Source: Desulfobulbaceae bacterium DB1
GTDB lineage: Bacteria > Desulfobacterota > Desulfobulbia > Desulfobulbales > SURF-16
Direction of reading: 5' to 3'
DNA: 64,000 nucleotides
Assembly (NCBI GenBank): GCA_001914235.1
Contig: MQUF01000003.1
Coordinates: 448,225-512,224 of the forward strand
Under the pieces are notes generated by a model. It saw nothing but the letters and a program-made list of their open reading frames with translations, made no database searches and was not told the origin of the DNA. Below are positions 46,395 to 55,702 of the stretch, piece after piece. The position numbers and the translations under genes were made by a program. Numbering within the stretch: the first letter of the stretch is position 1; each line of letters starts with the position of its first letter.

Positions 46395-47501
46395 ATGAAT
46401 GGGCGCAGACGCGCCTGGCTGCTGCAACTTTACCGGGAACACCGGCAGATCAGCCTGCTGCACCGGCTGCATCTTTCGACGCCGATCATTGAAATCAGCG
46501 CGGCCTCGACATACTGGGGAAGCTGGCAGTCGGCGGGCGGCGCCATCCGGATCTCTTCCCGGCTCATCGAACTCCACACCTGGGACGTGGTGATCAATGT
46601 CCTCAAACACGAGATGGCCCATCAGGCGGTAAGCGAGCTTTTCCACAGCCGGGAAGGCCACGGCGACCTTTTTGCCAGGGCCTGCGACATGCTGGGAGTC
46701 CCGGACGGTTTCAGGGAAGCCGGCGGCGATCTGCCCCGTTCCCTGCCGACCATCCACGAAAAAGCACAAAAGAGTCCGCAACACGCCCTGCTGCTGAAAA
46801 TAGAAAAAATCCTGGCCCTGGCCCGCTCAAGCAATGAACATGAAGCGCAGCTCGCCATGGAAAAGGCCAACCAGCTCATCACCCGCTACAACCTTGCCCG
46901 GGTCACCACGGAAAATGACACCGGTTACGACTGCATCATCATCAATCACAAGAAGAAACGGATCGAAAATTACCAGCGGAGAATCTGCGCCGTCTTGAGC
47001 CGCCATTTCTTTGTCCGTATCGTGCTGGCCGATCTTTATGATCCGGATCTCTGCTGCAGCCACAAAACCATCGAAATCCTGGGCGCCCGGGAAAACGTGC
47101 TGACCGCCGAATACGTCTATCATTTTCTTCTTTCCCGCATGGAGTCCTTCTGGGAAGAGTTCCGGCGCCGCAACCAAACCGGCGGCAACAGGAAACGATC
47201 CTACTGCCTGGGACTGCTGGATGGATTTGACGCGAAACTTACGGCCGGGGAGCAGGAAAACGCCGTTACTCCAAAGGCAGCCGCCGGTCAAAACATTTCC
47301 GCCCTGGTCTGCGAAGCCGACAGAGGGCTGAGCCTTTTCATCCGCAGGCGCCATCCCCGCCTGGCGCGCAGGAGCCATGCCGGGGCCGGCGTTTCCCGCC
47401 GGGAGTATGAAGCCGGCAGGCAGGACGGTGACAAACTGGTGCTGCACAAGGTGATGGAAAACCATGACGGCAACCGGGGCAAAATGCTGCCTTGTCGGTA
47501 A
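46395..47501 (+). CDS. SprT-like Zn-metalloprotease domain fused to a DUF2786-like domain
   Basis: Contains HEMAH. The later segment LLLKIEKILALARSSNEHEAQLAMEKANQLITRYNL is typical of DUF2786. Confidence 0.7.
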   Translation: MNGRRRAWLLQLYREHRQISLLHRLHLSTPIIEISAASTYWGSWQSAGGAIRISSRLIELHTWDVVINVLKHEMAHQAVSELFHSREGHGDLFARACDMLGVPDGFREAGGDLPRSLPTIHEKAQKSPQHALLLKIEKILALARSSNEHEAQLAMEKANQLITRYNLARVTTENDTGYDCIIINHKKKRIENYQRRICAVLSRHFFVRIVLADLYDPDLCCSHKTIEILGARENVLTAEYVYHFLLSRMESFWEEFRRRNQTGGNRKRSYCLGLLDGFDAKLTAGEQENAVTPKAAAGQNISALVCEADRGLSLFIRRRHPRLARRSHAGAGVSRREYEAGRQDGDKLVLHKVMENHDGNRGKMLPCR

Positions 47502-47524
47502 TTCAAGAAAAATCACCGCTTCCC

Positions 47525-47851
47525 ATGAAACCGAAAAATATTTTTGCCGATATCCCCGCGAAACTTCAGGATGAACATTTTGAGGCCGTTCTCCAAACCA
47601 ACGCACTCCTGCTGGAACGGATCATCTCCAGGGGGCATGCCACTCCTCCCGGCCAGTGGTATGATCAGGATCGGGATGAGTGGGTCTTGCTGCTTGCCGG
47701 AGGTGCGGCGTTACGCATTGATGGGCAACAAGAACTCATTGTCCTGCGTCCCGGGGATCACACTCTCCTGCCCGCCCGTTGCCGCCACCGGGTCGAGTGG
47801 ACTGACGGGAAAACGGAAACCATCTGGCTGGCGCTTCATTACAAAAGCTGA
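47525..47851 (+). CDS. Cupin-domain protein
   Basis: 108 aa. EWVLLLAGGAALRIDG..LRPGDHTLLPARCRHRVEW shows a cupin beta-barrel pattern. Confidence 0.7.
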   Translation: MKPKNIFADIPAKLQDEHFEAVLQTNALLLERIISRGHATPPGQWYDQDRDEWVLLLAGGAALRIDGQQELIVLRPGDHTLLPARCRHRVEWTDGKTETIWLALHYKS

Positions 47852-48738
47852 AACAGCAGCGGCAGGGTGACAAAAGAAAGAAAGATCCCCAGTCCCACCA
47901 GGGCGGCGGTCAGCTCCGGGGCAAGCCCCGCCATGATGGCAAGTGCCCCGGCTGAAACCATGGGCGGCATTCCCGCCTCAAAAACGGCTACCCGAGCCGC
48001 CTCGCTATCAAAACCAAAGAGCCGGCAGACGGCAAGAGCCAATAAGGGCGCCAGCACCAGTTTCATCAGCAGCCCGGCTGACATCGGCTTCAGCACCTCC
48101 GGCTTTAAGCGCAGGGTCAGCTGATATCCCACGGCAATCATGACCACCGGCACCAGGGTTGCGGCCAGTGCCTGCAGCAGGGCGGTCACCGCACCCGGAT
48201 AGGAAAAAAAACGCAGGGCAAAGGCAACGAGCAGGGCAAGAAACGCCGGGAAGGTGGCGATTTTTTTGACCACCGAGCTCACGGTGGGCTTGTCCCCTGT
48301 CTGTCCGTAGAGAGCAATGATCAGCGACCCGTAGGTGGCAAGGCAGAGAAAGGAACCGAGCTGATCATACAGCACCGCGTACGGGATCCCCTGCTCCCCG
48401 AAAAAGGCCCGCACCATGGGAATGCCGAGAAACGAGGTGTTGCCGAGGGGTACGAGCAGCAGCAGGGCGCCCAGAGTCCGGTTATCCCAACGGCAGCAGC
48501 GGGAGAACAGGAAAACCAGGGCGGCGGAAGAAACGAGCATGAACCAGGGCATCAGGGCGGTGACGAGGAGCTCCCGGGAAAACACCAGCTCAGGCACCTT
48601 GATCAGCACCAGGGCGGGCAGCGAGACATAAATGACAAACAGGTTCAAAACCTGGGCGGTGTTGTCCGGAAACAGGGGCAGACGCCGCAGACCCATGCCG
48701 ATCAGCAGAAAGGATATGGTGAGAATGAAGTTTTCCAT
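47839..48738 (-). CDS. AEC (auxin efflux carrier) family transporter
   Basis: 299 aa, polytopic. The N-terminus MENFILTISFLLIGMGLRRL..LNLFVIYVSLPALV is typical of the family. Confidence 0.85.
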   Translation of the reverse strand: MENFILTISFLLIGMGLRRLPLFPDNTAQVLNLFVIYVSLPALVLIKVPELVFSRELLVTALMPWFMLVSSAALVFLFSRCCRWDNRTLGALLLLVPLGNTSFLGIPMVRAFFGEQGIPYAVLYDQLGSFLCLATYGSLIIALYGQTGDKPTVSSVVKKIATFPAFLALLVAFALRFFSYPGAVTALLQALAATLVPVVMIAVGYQLTLRLKPEVLKPMSAGLLMKLVLAPLLALAVCRLFGFDSEAARVAVFEAGMPPMVSAGALAIMAGLAPELTAALVGLGIFLSFVTLPLLFQLL

Positions 48739-48756
48739 GAATGCGGGGAATGCCGG

Positions 48757-49227
48757 CTATTTCCCTTCCTGCTCCTGGAGAAGATCCCCCAGGTATTGGG
48801 CGGACTCGCCCACCAGTTCAACGCAGATCCGGCGGCGGCCCTCGGGGTCGGCATAGTATTTTTTGACCTCTTCCCTGTTTCTCCAGTCCACCCGGGCAAT
48901 ATCGCAGCAATTGACGCTGCCGTGGTCTCTTGTCAATTCATCGAATTTTTTCATAAACTTATGACTGAGGAGCCACATGCGGGGATCTTCCTTTTCCTCC
49001 AGACTGCTCCTGCTGTAAAGCGAAGAGATCATCGCCACGGCGCCGAGCAAAATACCGCAGGCACCGCCCGAACCGGCGATGCCGCCGCCGAAAGCGCCCA
49101 CCGCCTTGACGGACTGTTCGTCCACTCGCCCTGCTTTTTCCTGGCCCACGGCAAGGATCGCCTGGCTTCAATGAAACCGTTTTGTAAAAAGTTCCACGGC
49201 CTTCAGCCGCATCTCTTCCGAATTCAT
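48757..49227 (-). CDS. C_GCAxxG_C_C family redox protein, candidate selenoprotein (in-frame TGA 49168-49170 at the first conserved Cys position)
   Basis: The track ORF (48757-49149) lacks the family N-terminus. Extending the same frame upstream gives ATG 49227, preceded by GAGGTG. The extension reads MNSEEMRLKAVELFTKRFH-TGA-SQAILAVGQEKAG... The family pattern here is F..G..C(S/A)(Q/E)(A/S)(I/V)L. GGACGILLGA and the later Cys residues follow. Sec decoding is independently evident in this window (fdhA). Confidence 0.6.
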
Positions 49228-49311
49228 ACTTCGCACCTCGGATATGTGTTGACGGGAGATTGGTTCATTGCAAACCGGCCAATGTACCGCATTCCCATCA
49301 TTCTGCCCAGC

Positions 49312-49827
49312 TTAAAAATCATCTCCGGGCGGGCCGTTTTTTTCCGGATCAGCAAATCTTCCATCCGACTTGTGCCGCCTCACGGCTTGCACCGCTTCTT
49401 CAAGCCATCCGGTACGGATGTCCGCCTGCCCGTCAAATTCCGGCACATGGGGTTTGATATCGAGCAGCGGCGTGCCGTCAAGAATATCAACATTCTCTAT
49501 TTCAAGCACACATCCCGCAACCCGGAGAAGCTTGACCACGGACATGCCGATGGGGTTGGGACGACGTGGGGCGCGGGTGGCAAAGACCCCGCGCGGCACG
49601 GTATCGAGAAAGGGAACAACCGTCAGCTGGAAACCCGAACTCCGGTGAAAATGGTAAAGGAGGACAATATGGGAAAAGCCCTCAAGGTCCTGCAACCCTG
49701 CCGCGTACTCAGGAAACACCACCACCCGGCCCTTGATGCCGGATGCACCGGCGGGTTGAATGGGCATGTCCTGCCGCGATGCGTGGGGGGAATGGATAAT
49801 TCCTATCGGCACATATTCGATTTTCAT
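49312..49827 (-). CDS. trmO: tRNA (N6-threonylcarbamoyladenosine(37)-N6)-methyltransferase TrmO (YaeB/TsaA family)
   Basis: PIGIIHSP..FSHIVLLYHFH..RAPRRPNPIGMSVVKLL..LDGTPLLDIKP. Confidence 0.85.
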   Translation of the reverse strand: MKIEYVPIGIIHSPHASRQDMPIQPAGASGIKGRVVVFPEYAAGLQDLEGFSHIVLLYHFHRSSGFQLTVVPFLDTVPRGVFATRAPRRPNPIGMSVVKLLRVAGCVLEIENVDILDGTPLLDIKPHVPEFDGQADIRTGWLEEAVQAVRRHKSDGRFADPEKNGPPGDDF

Positions 49828-50051
49828 AATGGCTCAAACCTCCCTGAGATTACATGCATGGGAAACACAAAAAACAACGAAGTGAAGCAGCAATCCGTCC
49901 ATTCCTTCTTCCCTGTTAAAAGGCTGCATTGTCCAAGGATTGTCAAGTTTTTTCCCCCAGACAAGGGGTATGTCCTCTTTCCACCGGGCTGTTGCCTTGC
50001 ATTTTCACAAACCTGATTTTTATCATTTGACCTCTGCAACCTGCCGGGCTT

Positions 50052-50852
50052 ATGATCAAAGAAACAGCGCGCAGCAAACGCAAAAGGATCAAGCCAACCA
50101 CGCGAGAAATTCATTTGATATTATTACATATTTTTTCAATTATCCTGTTATCGTCCTTTGTGCCCGCCCCACTGGCCGCAGGCGGCATGGAAACCATGGA
50201 TGCCGGCAAATTCTCCGGTGCAACAGCCGACGAGCAGCTGCCCGCGGGATGGGAGCCCCTCCATTTCAAGGACATCCCCAGCCATACCGAATACAGCCTG
50301 ATCCAGGACAACGGCACCACCGTGGTTCAGGCCGTAAGCCGGGCATCCTCATCCGGGTTGACCCGTAAAATCAACATCGATCCACAAGAATATCCAACCC
50401 TTTCCTGGAGCTGGAAGGTGTCGAACATCTATGATAAAGGAGATGTCACCCGCAAGGACGGCGACGATTACCCGGCCAGAATCTATATCACCTTTGCCTA
50501 TGATGCCGATAAGGTCGGGTTCTGGGAGCGGGTGAAATTCAACACGGTCAAATTCATCTACGGAGAATATCCGCCCATCAATGCCATCAATTATATCTGG
50601 GCGAGCAAGGCGCCGCAGGAGCTGATCACCCCCAACCCCTTTACCGACCGGGTCAAGATGATCGTCATTGAAAGCGGCGCGGGAAAAATCAATCAGTGGA
50701 TCCATGAAAAACGCGATATTGTCAGCGATTATCGGCAGGCATTCGGCGAAGAGCCGCCGCTTATTTCCGGCATCGCCATCATGACCGACTCCGACAACAC
50801 CAGGGAAAGCGCCACCGCCTGGTACGGCGACATCGCCTTCTCCCGAAAGTAA
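50052..50852 (+). CDS. DUF3047 domain protein (secreted)
   Basis: Hydrophobic N-terminus. ..PAGWEPLHFKDIPSHTEYSL..PTLSWSWKVSN..GDDYPARIYITF matches the DUF3047 pattern. Confidence 0.7.
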   Translation: MIKETARSKRKRIKPTTREIHLILLHIFSIILLSSFVPAPLAAGGMETMDAGKFSGATADEQLPAGWEPLHFKDIPSHTEYSLIQDNGTTVVQAVSRASSSGLTRKINIDPQEYPTLSWSWKVSNIYDKGDVTRKDGDDYPARIYITFAYDADKVGFWERVKFNTVKFIYGEYPPINAINYIWASKAPQELITPNPFTDRVKMIVIESGAGKINQWIHEKRDIVSDYRQAFGEEPPLISGIAIMTDSDNTRESATAWYGDIAFSRK

Positions 50853-50872
50853 CGACCCTTCGAGACCGCGCC

Positions 50873-51595
50873 ATGGGACACAAATCCCGTCATCATCATG
50901 AAAAACATGCCGAACTTCCCCGCCGAGCCGAGCGGCTGGAGGAAAAACCATTGACTCTTGCCCTGGTGGTCAAGGGTGATACCGACGGCTGCGAAGAAGC
51001 GGTTTGCAGCACCCTGTCGGCAAACCTCGTGCCGGGGGTTGACATGGAAATTCTGCACAAAGGCGTGGGCGACATCTGCAAAAACGATGTCCTGACCGCG
51101 GCAAGCGGCAGCCGCCTGGTGGTGGGTTTCAATGTGGGCGTTCATCCCAGAATAGACGAACTCTGCCGGGAGCTTGATGTCGAAATCCGCCTTTACTCGG
51201 TCATCTATCAACTGCAGAAGGATATTACCGAGATTGCCGAAAGCCTCCTTCCCCGCGAAGAAGAGGAAAAAATCCTCGGCAGCGCCAGGGTCATCGCCCT
51301 GTTCAAAAGCAGCCGTAAAGGCATCATTCTCGGCTGCCAGGTACAGCAGGGACGTCTGCAAACCGGCGACCGTTTCCGGATCATCGCCGCCATGGGGCCC
51401 ATCTACTCCGGGGTCATCGAGTCACTGCATATTGAACAAAATGTGGTCACCAGGGCGACACCCGGTCAGCAGGTGGGTCTGAAAATAAGGGATTTCAAGG
51501 CGGCCAAACTGGATGACTATGTTGAATGTTATCAACCCATTCGCCCTTCGACAAAGGCCAGGTGGCAACCCAGTGGAAAAATTCTTTATCTGTAA
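50873..51595 (+). CDS. Stand-alone paralogue of the IF2 C-terminal domains (C1/C2), no GTPase domain
   Basis: LALVVKGDTDGCEEAV..ILHKGVGDICKNDVLTAASGSRLVVGFNV..VEIRLYSVIYQLQKDI..LGSARVIALFKSSRKGIILGCQV..G is collinear with the E. coli IF2 segment [58 protein letters not shown].. Confidence 0.7.
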   Translation: MGHKSRHHHEKHAELPRRAERLEEKPLTLALVVKGDTDGCEEAVCSTLSANLVPGVDMEILHKGVGDICKNDVLTAASGSRLVVGFNVGVHPRIDELCRELDVEIRLYSVIYQLQKDITEIAESLLPREEEEKILGSARVIALFKSSRKGIILGCQVQQGRLQTGDRFRIIAAMGPIYSGVIESLHIEQNVVTRATPGQQVGLKIRDFKAAKLDDYVECYQPIRPSTKARWQPSGKILYL

Positions 51596-51854
51596 CGCCA
51601 TTTTTCTCGCCCGCCGCAAAAAAAATGAAACCTTTTCCCTTCTCCGTTGTCTCATGAATTTCAAATACCGGACACGCATTTTTTTCGCGTCAACCTTGAT
51701 GGATTCGTAAAAAGTCTTTTTTTCAGCACTGAGGGCGCAGACGACACAGAGAAAATATCTTGAATTACAGTCAGTTATCTCCGTGCACTCCGTGGTCTCC
51801 GTGGTTGTTTTTTTAGTTTTTACGAGACCATCAACCTTTTCAATTTCTTTCGCC

Positions 51855-52784
51855 ATGATTGAAGTAAACAATTTAAGCAAAAATTACGATGAGGTCGCCG
51901 CCCTGTCCGACGTGACGTTTTCCGTGCGGGACGGCGAGGTGATCGGCCTGCTCGGGCCTAACGGCGCCGGGAAAACCACCCTGATGAAAATTCTCACCGG
52001 CTATCTTCAGCCCGATGCCGGATCTGCCAGGATCGGCGGCCATGATGTGCTGGAAGAAAGCGGCGCCGTCCAGCAAATGATCGGTTATCTGCCGGAAAAT
52101 GCGCCGCTTTATCCGGAATTGACCGTGCAGTCATACCTCAGGATGATGGCCGACCTGCGCCGGATTCCCGAACAGGACCAGCCGGCGCGACTCTCCGAGG
52201 CCATTCGCGGCGTCGGCCTTGAAGAACGGCTTACCCTGCCCATCGGCACCCTGAGCAAAGGATACCGGCAGCGGGTGGGACTGGCCCAGGCCATGCTCCA
52301 TCATCCCCGCCTGCTCATTCTCGATGAACCGACCAACGGACTTGACCCGACCCAGATCGCCCTGGTGCGCAACCTGATTAAAAAACTGGCCCGCACCAGC
52401 ACGGTGATGATTTCCACCCACATTCTCTCCGAAGTGGAAGCCACCTGCGACAGGGCGATTATCATCATCAAGGGCGAAGTCAAGGCCGATGCCCGACTCT
52501 CCGACCTTGCGGCAACGAGCAGCGCCCGTTTGATTCTGGCGACTGCTGACTCGCAAGGCCCCCTGAAGGAACTCGGCCGCCTGGAGCAGGTGCGGGAAGT
52601 GAGCTGCACCAGCCTGCCGAACGGCCGCAGCTCCTATCTCATCAAGACGGTGGGCGACACGGATATTTGTCCCGATCTGTACCGGCTTGCCCGGGAAAAG
52701 GATTGGCCCCTTTGCGAACTGCACCGGCAGACCCGCACCCTGGAGTCGGTTTTTAACGAGCTTGCCGCCGGAGGTGTCCAATGA
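51855..52784 (+). CDS. ABC transporter ATP-binding protein (GldA-like)
   Basis: Walker A GPNGAGKTT, signature LSKGYRQR and Walker B LLILDEPTNGLD. The start is trimmed to ATG 51855. Confidence 0.9.
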   Translation: MIEVNNLSKNYDEVAALSDVTFSVRDGEVIGLLGPNGAGKTTLMKILTGYLQPDAGSARIGGHDVLEESGAVQQMIGYLPENAPLYPELTVQSYLRMMADLRRIPEQDQPARLSEAIRGVGLEERLTLPIGTLSKGYRQRVGLAQAMLHHPRLLILDEPTNGLDPTQIALVRNLIKKLARTSTVMISTHILSEVEATCDRAIIIIKGEVKADARLSDLAATSSARLILATADSQGPLKELGRLEQVREVSCTSLPNGRSSYLIKTVGDTDICPDLYRLAREKDWPLCELHRQTRTLESVFNELAAGGVQ

Positions 52785-55702
52785 AGCAGATTCTCGCCAT
52801 CACCGGAAAGGAGCTGCAGACCTCTTTCGGCACGCCGATGGCCTCCATCTTCATCGGCTTTTTCCTCCTCTGCTCTCTTTTTTCCTTTTTTTGGCTGGAA
52901 ACATTTTTTGCCAGAAATATTGCCGACATACGGCCGCTGTTTTCCTGGATGCCGTTGCTCATGATCTTTCTTGCCGCCGCGCTCACCATGCGCCAGTGGA
53001 GCGAAGAGCAGAAAATGGGCACCCTGGAGGTGCTGTTGACCCTGCCGGTGCGCATCCATCAGCTTGTCATCGGCAAATTTCTTGCCGTGCTGCTGCTCAC
53101 CGCCTGCGCCCTGTTTCTCACCGTCGGCCTGCCAATCACGGTATCAATGATGGGCAATCTTGACTGGGGCCCTGTGATCGGCGGTTACCTCGGCGCCCTG
53201 CTCATGGCGGCTGCCTACATCAGCATCGGTCTTTTCGTCTCCTCCCGCACGGACAGCCAGATCATCTCCCTCATGCTCACCGTGCTGCTGGCCGGTTTTT
53301 TCTATCTGATCGGTTCAACCGGCATTACCGATTTTTTCGGCAACCGCGCCTCGGATTTCCTGCGCGCACTCGGAACCGGCAGCCGTTTCACCAGCATCGA
53401 ACGGGGAATCATCGATCTGCGCGACATCGTCTATTACCTGAGCATCGCCCTTTTCTTTCTCTGCCTGAATATCTTCTTTCTTGACCGAACCAGATGGAGC
53501 TTCGGCGCCACCACCGCCGCCTACCGCAAAAAGGCGCTTGCCGCCGTTCTGCTGATCAGCGCAAACCTTCTGGCCGCCAACATCTGGCTGGCCCAGGTCA
53601 ACACGATCCGGGTCGACCTGACCGGCCAGAAGATATACTCCCTGTCGCCGGCTACCCGGGATATTATCGCCAATCTGCCGGAACCGCTTGTGCTGCGCGG
53701 CTACTTCAGCGCCAAGACCCACCCCCTGCTTTCCCCTCTGGTTCCCCGCATCAAGGATCTGATGAGCGAATACCAGCACGCTTCCAAGGGCACGGTGCAG
53801 GTCTCTTTTGCGGACCCGAAATTTGACGAGGAACTTGAAAGCGAAGCAAACCAGCTCTACGGCATCAAACCTGTTCCCTTTCAGGTTGCCGGACGCTATG
53901 AGGCATCGGTGGTCAATTCCTATTTCCACATCCTGATCAAATACGGCGACCAGCATGCGGTGCTGGGTTTTAATGACCTGATCGAAGTCAAACCCCAGGC
54001 CGACGGCACCCTCGATGTCGCTTTGCGCAATCTGGAATACGACCTGACGAAATCCATCAAGAAAGTAGTCTACGGTTTTCAGTCCCTGGCCTCGGTTCTC
54101 GCTGAAAACCCGGACAAATTCAACCTTGTTTCCATTGTTACCCCGGATTCCCTGCCCGAACCTTTCCGGCAACTGCCGGCCACAATCAGCACCGTGCTGG
54201 AAAAACTGGAAAAAGAGTCCGGCACCCGACTTCACGTCGAGGAAATCAACCTGGACGGCCAGACCGAGGAAGCCCGGGCCGCTGTTGCCGGCAAATACGG
54301 AATCGAGCCGATCACGGTATCTTTCTTCTCGGATGATACATTTTTTCTTCACCTGATGCTGACAACGGCTGACACCATGGAACGCATCTATCTCACTCCG
54401 GATATGGGCGAGGCAGAGGTGCGCCGGGAAATCGAAGGGGCAATCAAACGAAACGGCACCGGTTTCACCAAAACCGTGGGTGTCTGGACCCCGGCGAATG
54501 CGGAAAATCAGCCCATGCTGCAGCACGGCCCCGAGGACAGTTACCAGATCCTTCAGCAGCTGCTGAAGGAAAATTACAACCTGAAAAAAGTGGAGCTCGC
54601 CGCTGGACGGGTGCCGGGGGACATCGACGTTCTGCTCCTGGCCGCGCCCCGGGAAATGAAGGCAATCGACCTGCTGGCCGTTGACCAGTTCATGATGCAG
54701 GGTGGCGCGGTGGTGGCCCTGGCCGGGAATTACCTGCTTGACCTGTCTCCTTCCGCCCAGACCCTGCAAGTCAAAAAGGTCAAGGACGGCCTGACGGAAC
54801 TGCTCGCATTTCACGGCATTACGGTGGATGAAACGCTGGTCATGGACAAGCAGAACGAGCCGTTCCCCATTCCGGTCACCCGCGATCTCGGCGGGCTGGT
54901 CATCCAGGAAATCCAGCGCCTCGACTACCCTTTTTTCGTCGATGTCCGGCCGGAAAACATGGCGCAGACCAACCCGATAACCGCAAGTCTTCCCGCGGTC
55001 ACCATGAACTGGGCTTCCCCCGTGCTGATCGACGACACGAAGCTTGCGGGCAGGCAGGTCGCCGTGCTGCTCAAGTCAAGCCCGGAATCCTGGCTTCATG
55101 AAGGAACGTCCATCGAGCCTGATTTCAATCGTTATCCGAACAGCGGCTTTGCTCCGGGCGCTGATTTTACGCAGCAGAATCTCGCGGTGGCGGTCAGTGG
55201 AGCCTTCACCAGCTTCTTTGCCGATCGTCCCGACCCCAGACTGGAAAAGCCGGCGGAGAAGATGGAAGAGGATGAGTCCGAAGCAATCAAAGAATCGCCG
55301 CTGACACTTGAAGGCGAGGAGGATCAGGAGATCAAAGCGGCGCCCATCCCCCTGCTCCGCAAATCACCCGGGACCGCCCGGCTGGTGGTGGTCGGTTCAT
55401 CCGAATTCGTCAACGACACGGTGCTCAGCATGTCCCAGGGTATGGGAATGGACCGCTTTCTCAACAGTCTTGAGTTCGTCCAGAACATCATCGACTGGTC
55501 GGTGGCGGATGAGGATCTCTTGACCATCCGCTCCCGCGGCTCCCACGCCAGGCTGCTGAAACCCATGAGCCGGCAGGAACAGACCTTCTGGGAGTGGCTG
55601 AACTACGGCCTCGCCATGGCAGCCCTTGTCGGACTTGGCATGTACGGCGCCGGGAGACGAAGAAAGGAACAACCCATGCGGCTGGTGGGGGAAAAATCAT
55701 GA
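52781..55702 (+). CDS. Fusion of an ABC-2 permease (GldF-like) with a GldG-like large extracytoplasmic domain
   Basis: ATGA overlap with the ATPase gene. The first ~250 aa form a polytopic permease. A ~700-aa soluble region follows, ending in a terminal TM (FWEWLNYGLAMAALVGLGMYG). Confidence 0.8.
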   Translation: MKQILAITGKELQTSFGTPMASIFIGFFLLCSLFSFFWLETFFARNIADIRPLFSWMPLLMIFLAAALTMRQWSEEQKMGTLEVLLTLPVRIHQLVIGKFLAVLLLTACALFLTVGLPITVSMMGNLDWGPVIGGYLGALLMAAAYISIGLFVSSRTDSQIISLMLTVLLAGFFYLIGSTGITDFFGNRASDFLRALGTGSRFTSIERGIIDLRDIVYYLSIALFFLCLNIFFLDRTRWSFGATTAAYRKKALAAVLLISANLLAANIWLAQVNTIRVDLTGQKIYSLSPATRDIIANLPEPLVLRGYFSAKTHPLLSPLVPRIKDLMSEYQHASKGTVQVSFADPKFDEELESEANQLYGIKPVPFQVAGRYEASVVNSYFHILIKYGDQHAVLGFNDLIEVKPQADGTLDVALRNLEYDLTKSIKKVVYGFQSLASVLAENPDKFNLVSIVTPDSLPEPFRQLPATISTVLEKLEKESGTRLHVEEINLDGQTEEARAAVAGKYGIEPITVSFFSDDTFFLHLMLTTADTMERIYLTPDMGEAEVRREIEGAIKRNGTGFTKTVGVWTPANAENQPMLQHGPEDSYQILQQLLKENYNLKKVELAAGRVPGDIDVLLLAAPREMKAIDLLAVDQFMMQGGAVVALAGNYLLDLSPSAQTLQVKKVKDGLTELLAFHGITVDETLVMDKQNEPFPIPVTRDLGGLVIQEIQRLDYPFFVDVRPENMAQTNPITASLPAVTMNWASPVLIDDTKLAGRQVAVLLKSSPESWLHEGTSIEPDFNRYPNSGFAPGADFTQQNLAVAVSGAFTSFFADRPDPRLEKPAEKMEEDESEAIKESPLTLEGEEDQEIKAAPIPLLRKSPGTARLVVVGSSEFVNDTVLSMSQGMGMDRFLNSLEFVQNIIDWSVADEDLLTIRSRGSHARLLKPMSRQEQTFWEWLNYGLAMAALVGLGMYGAGRRRKEQPMRLVGEKS

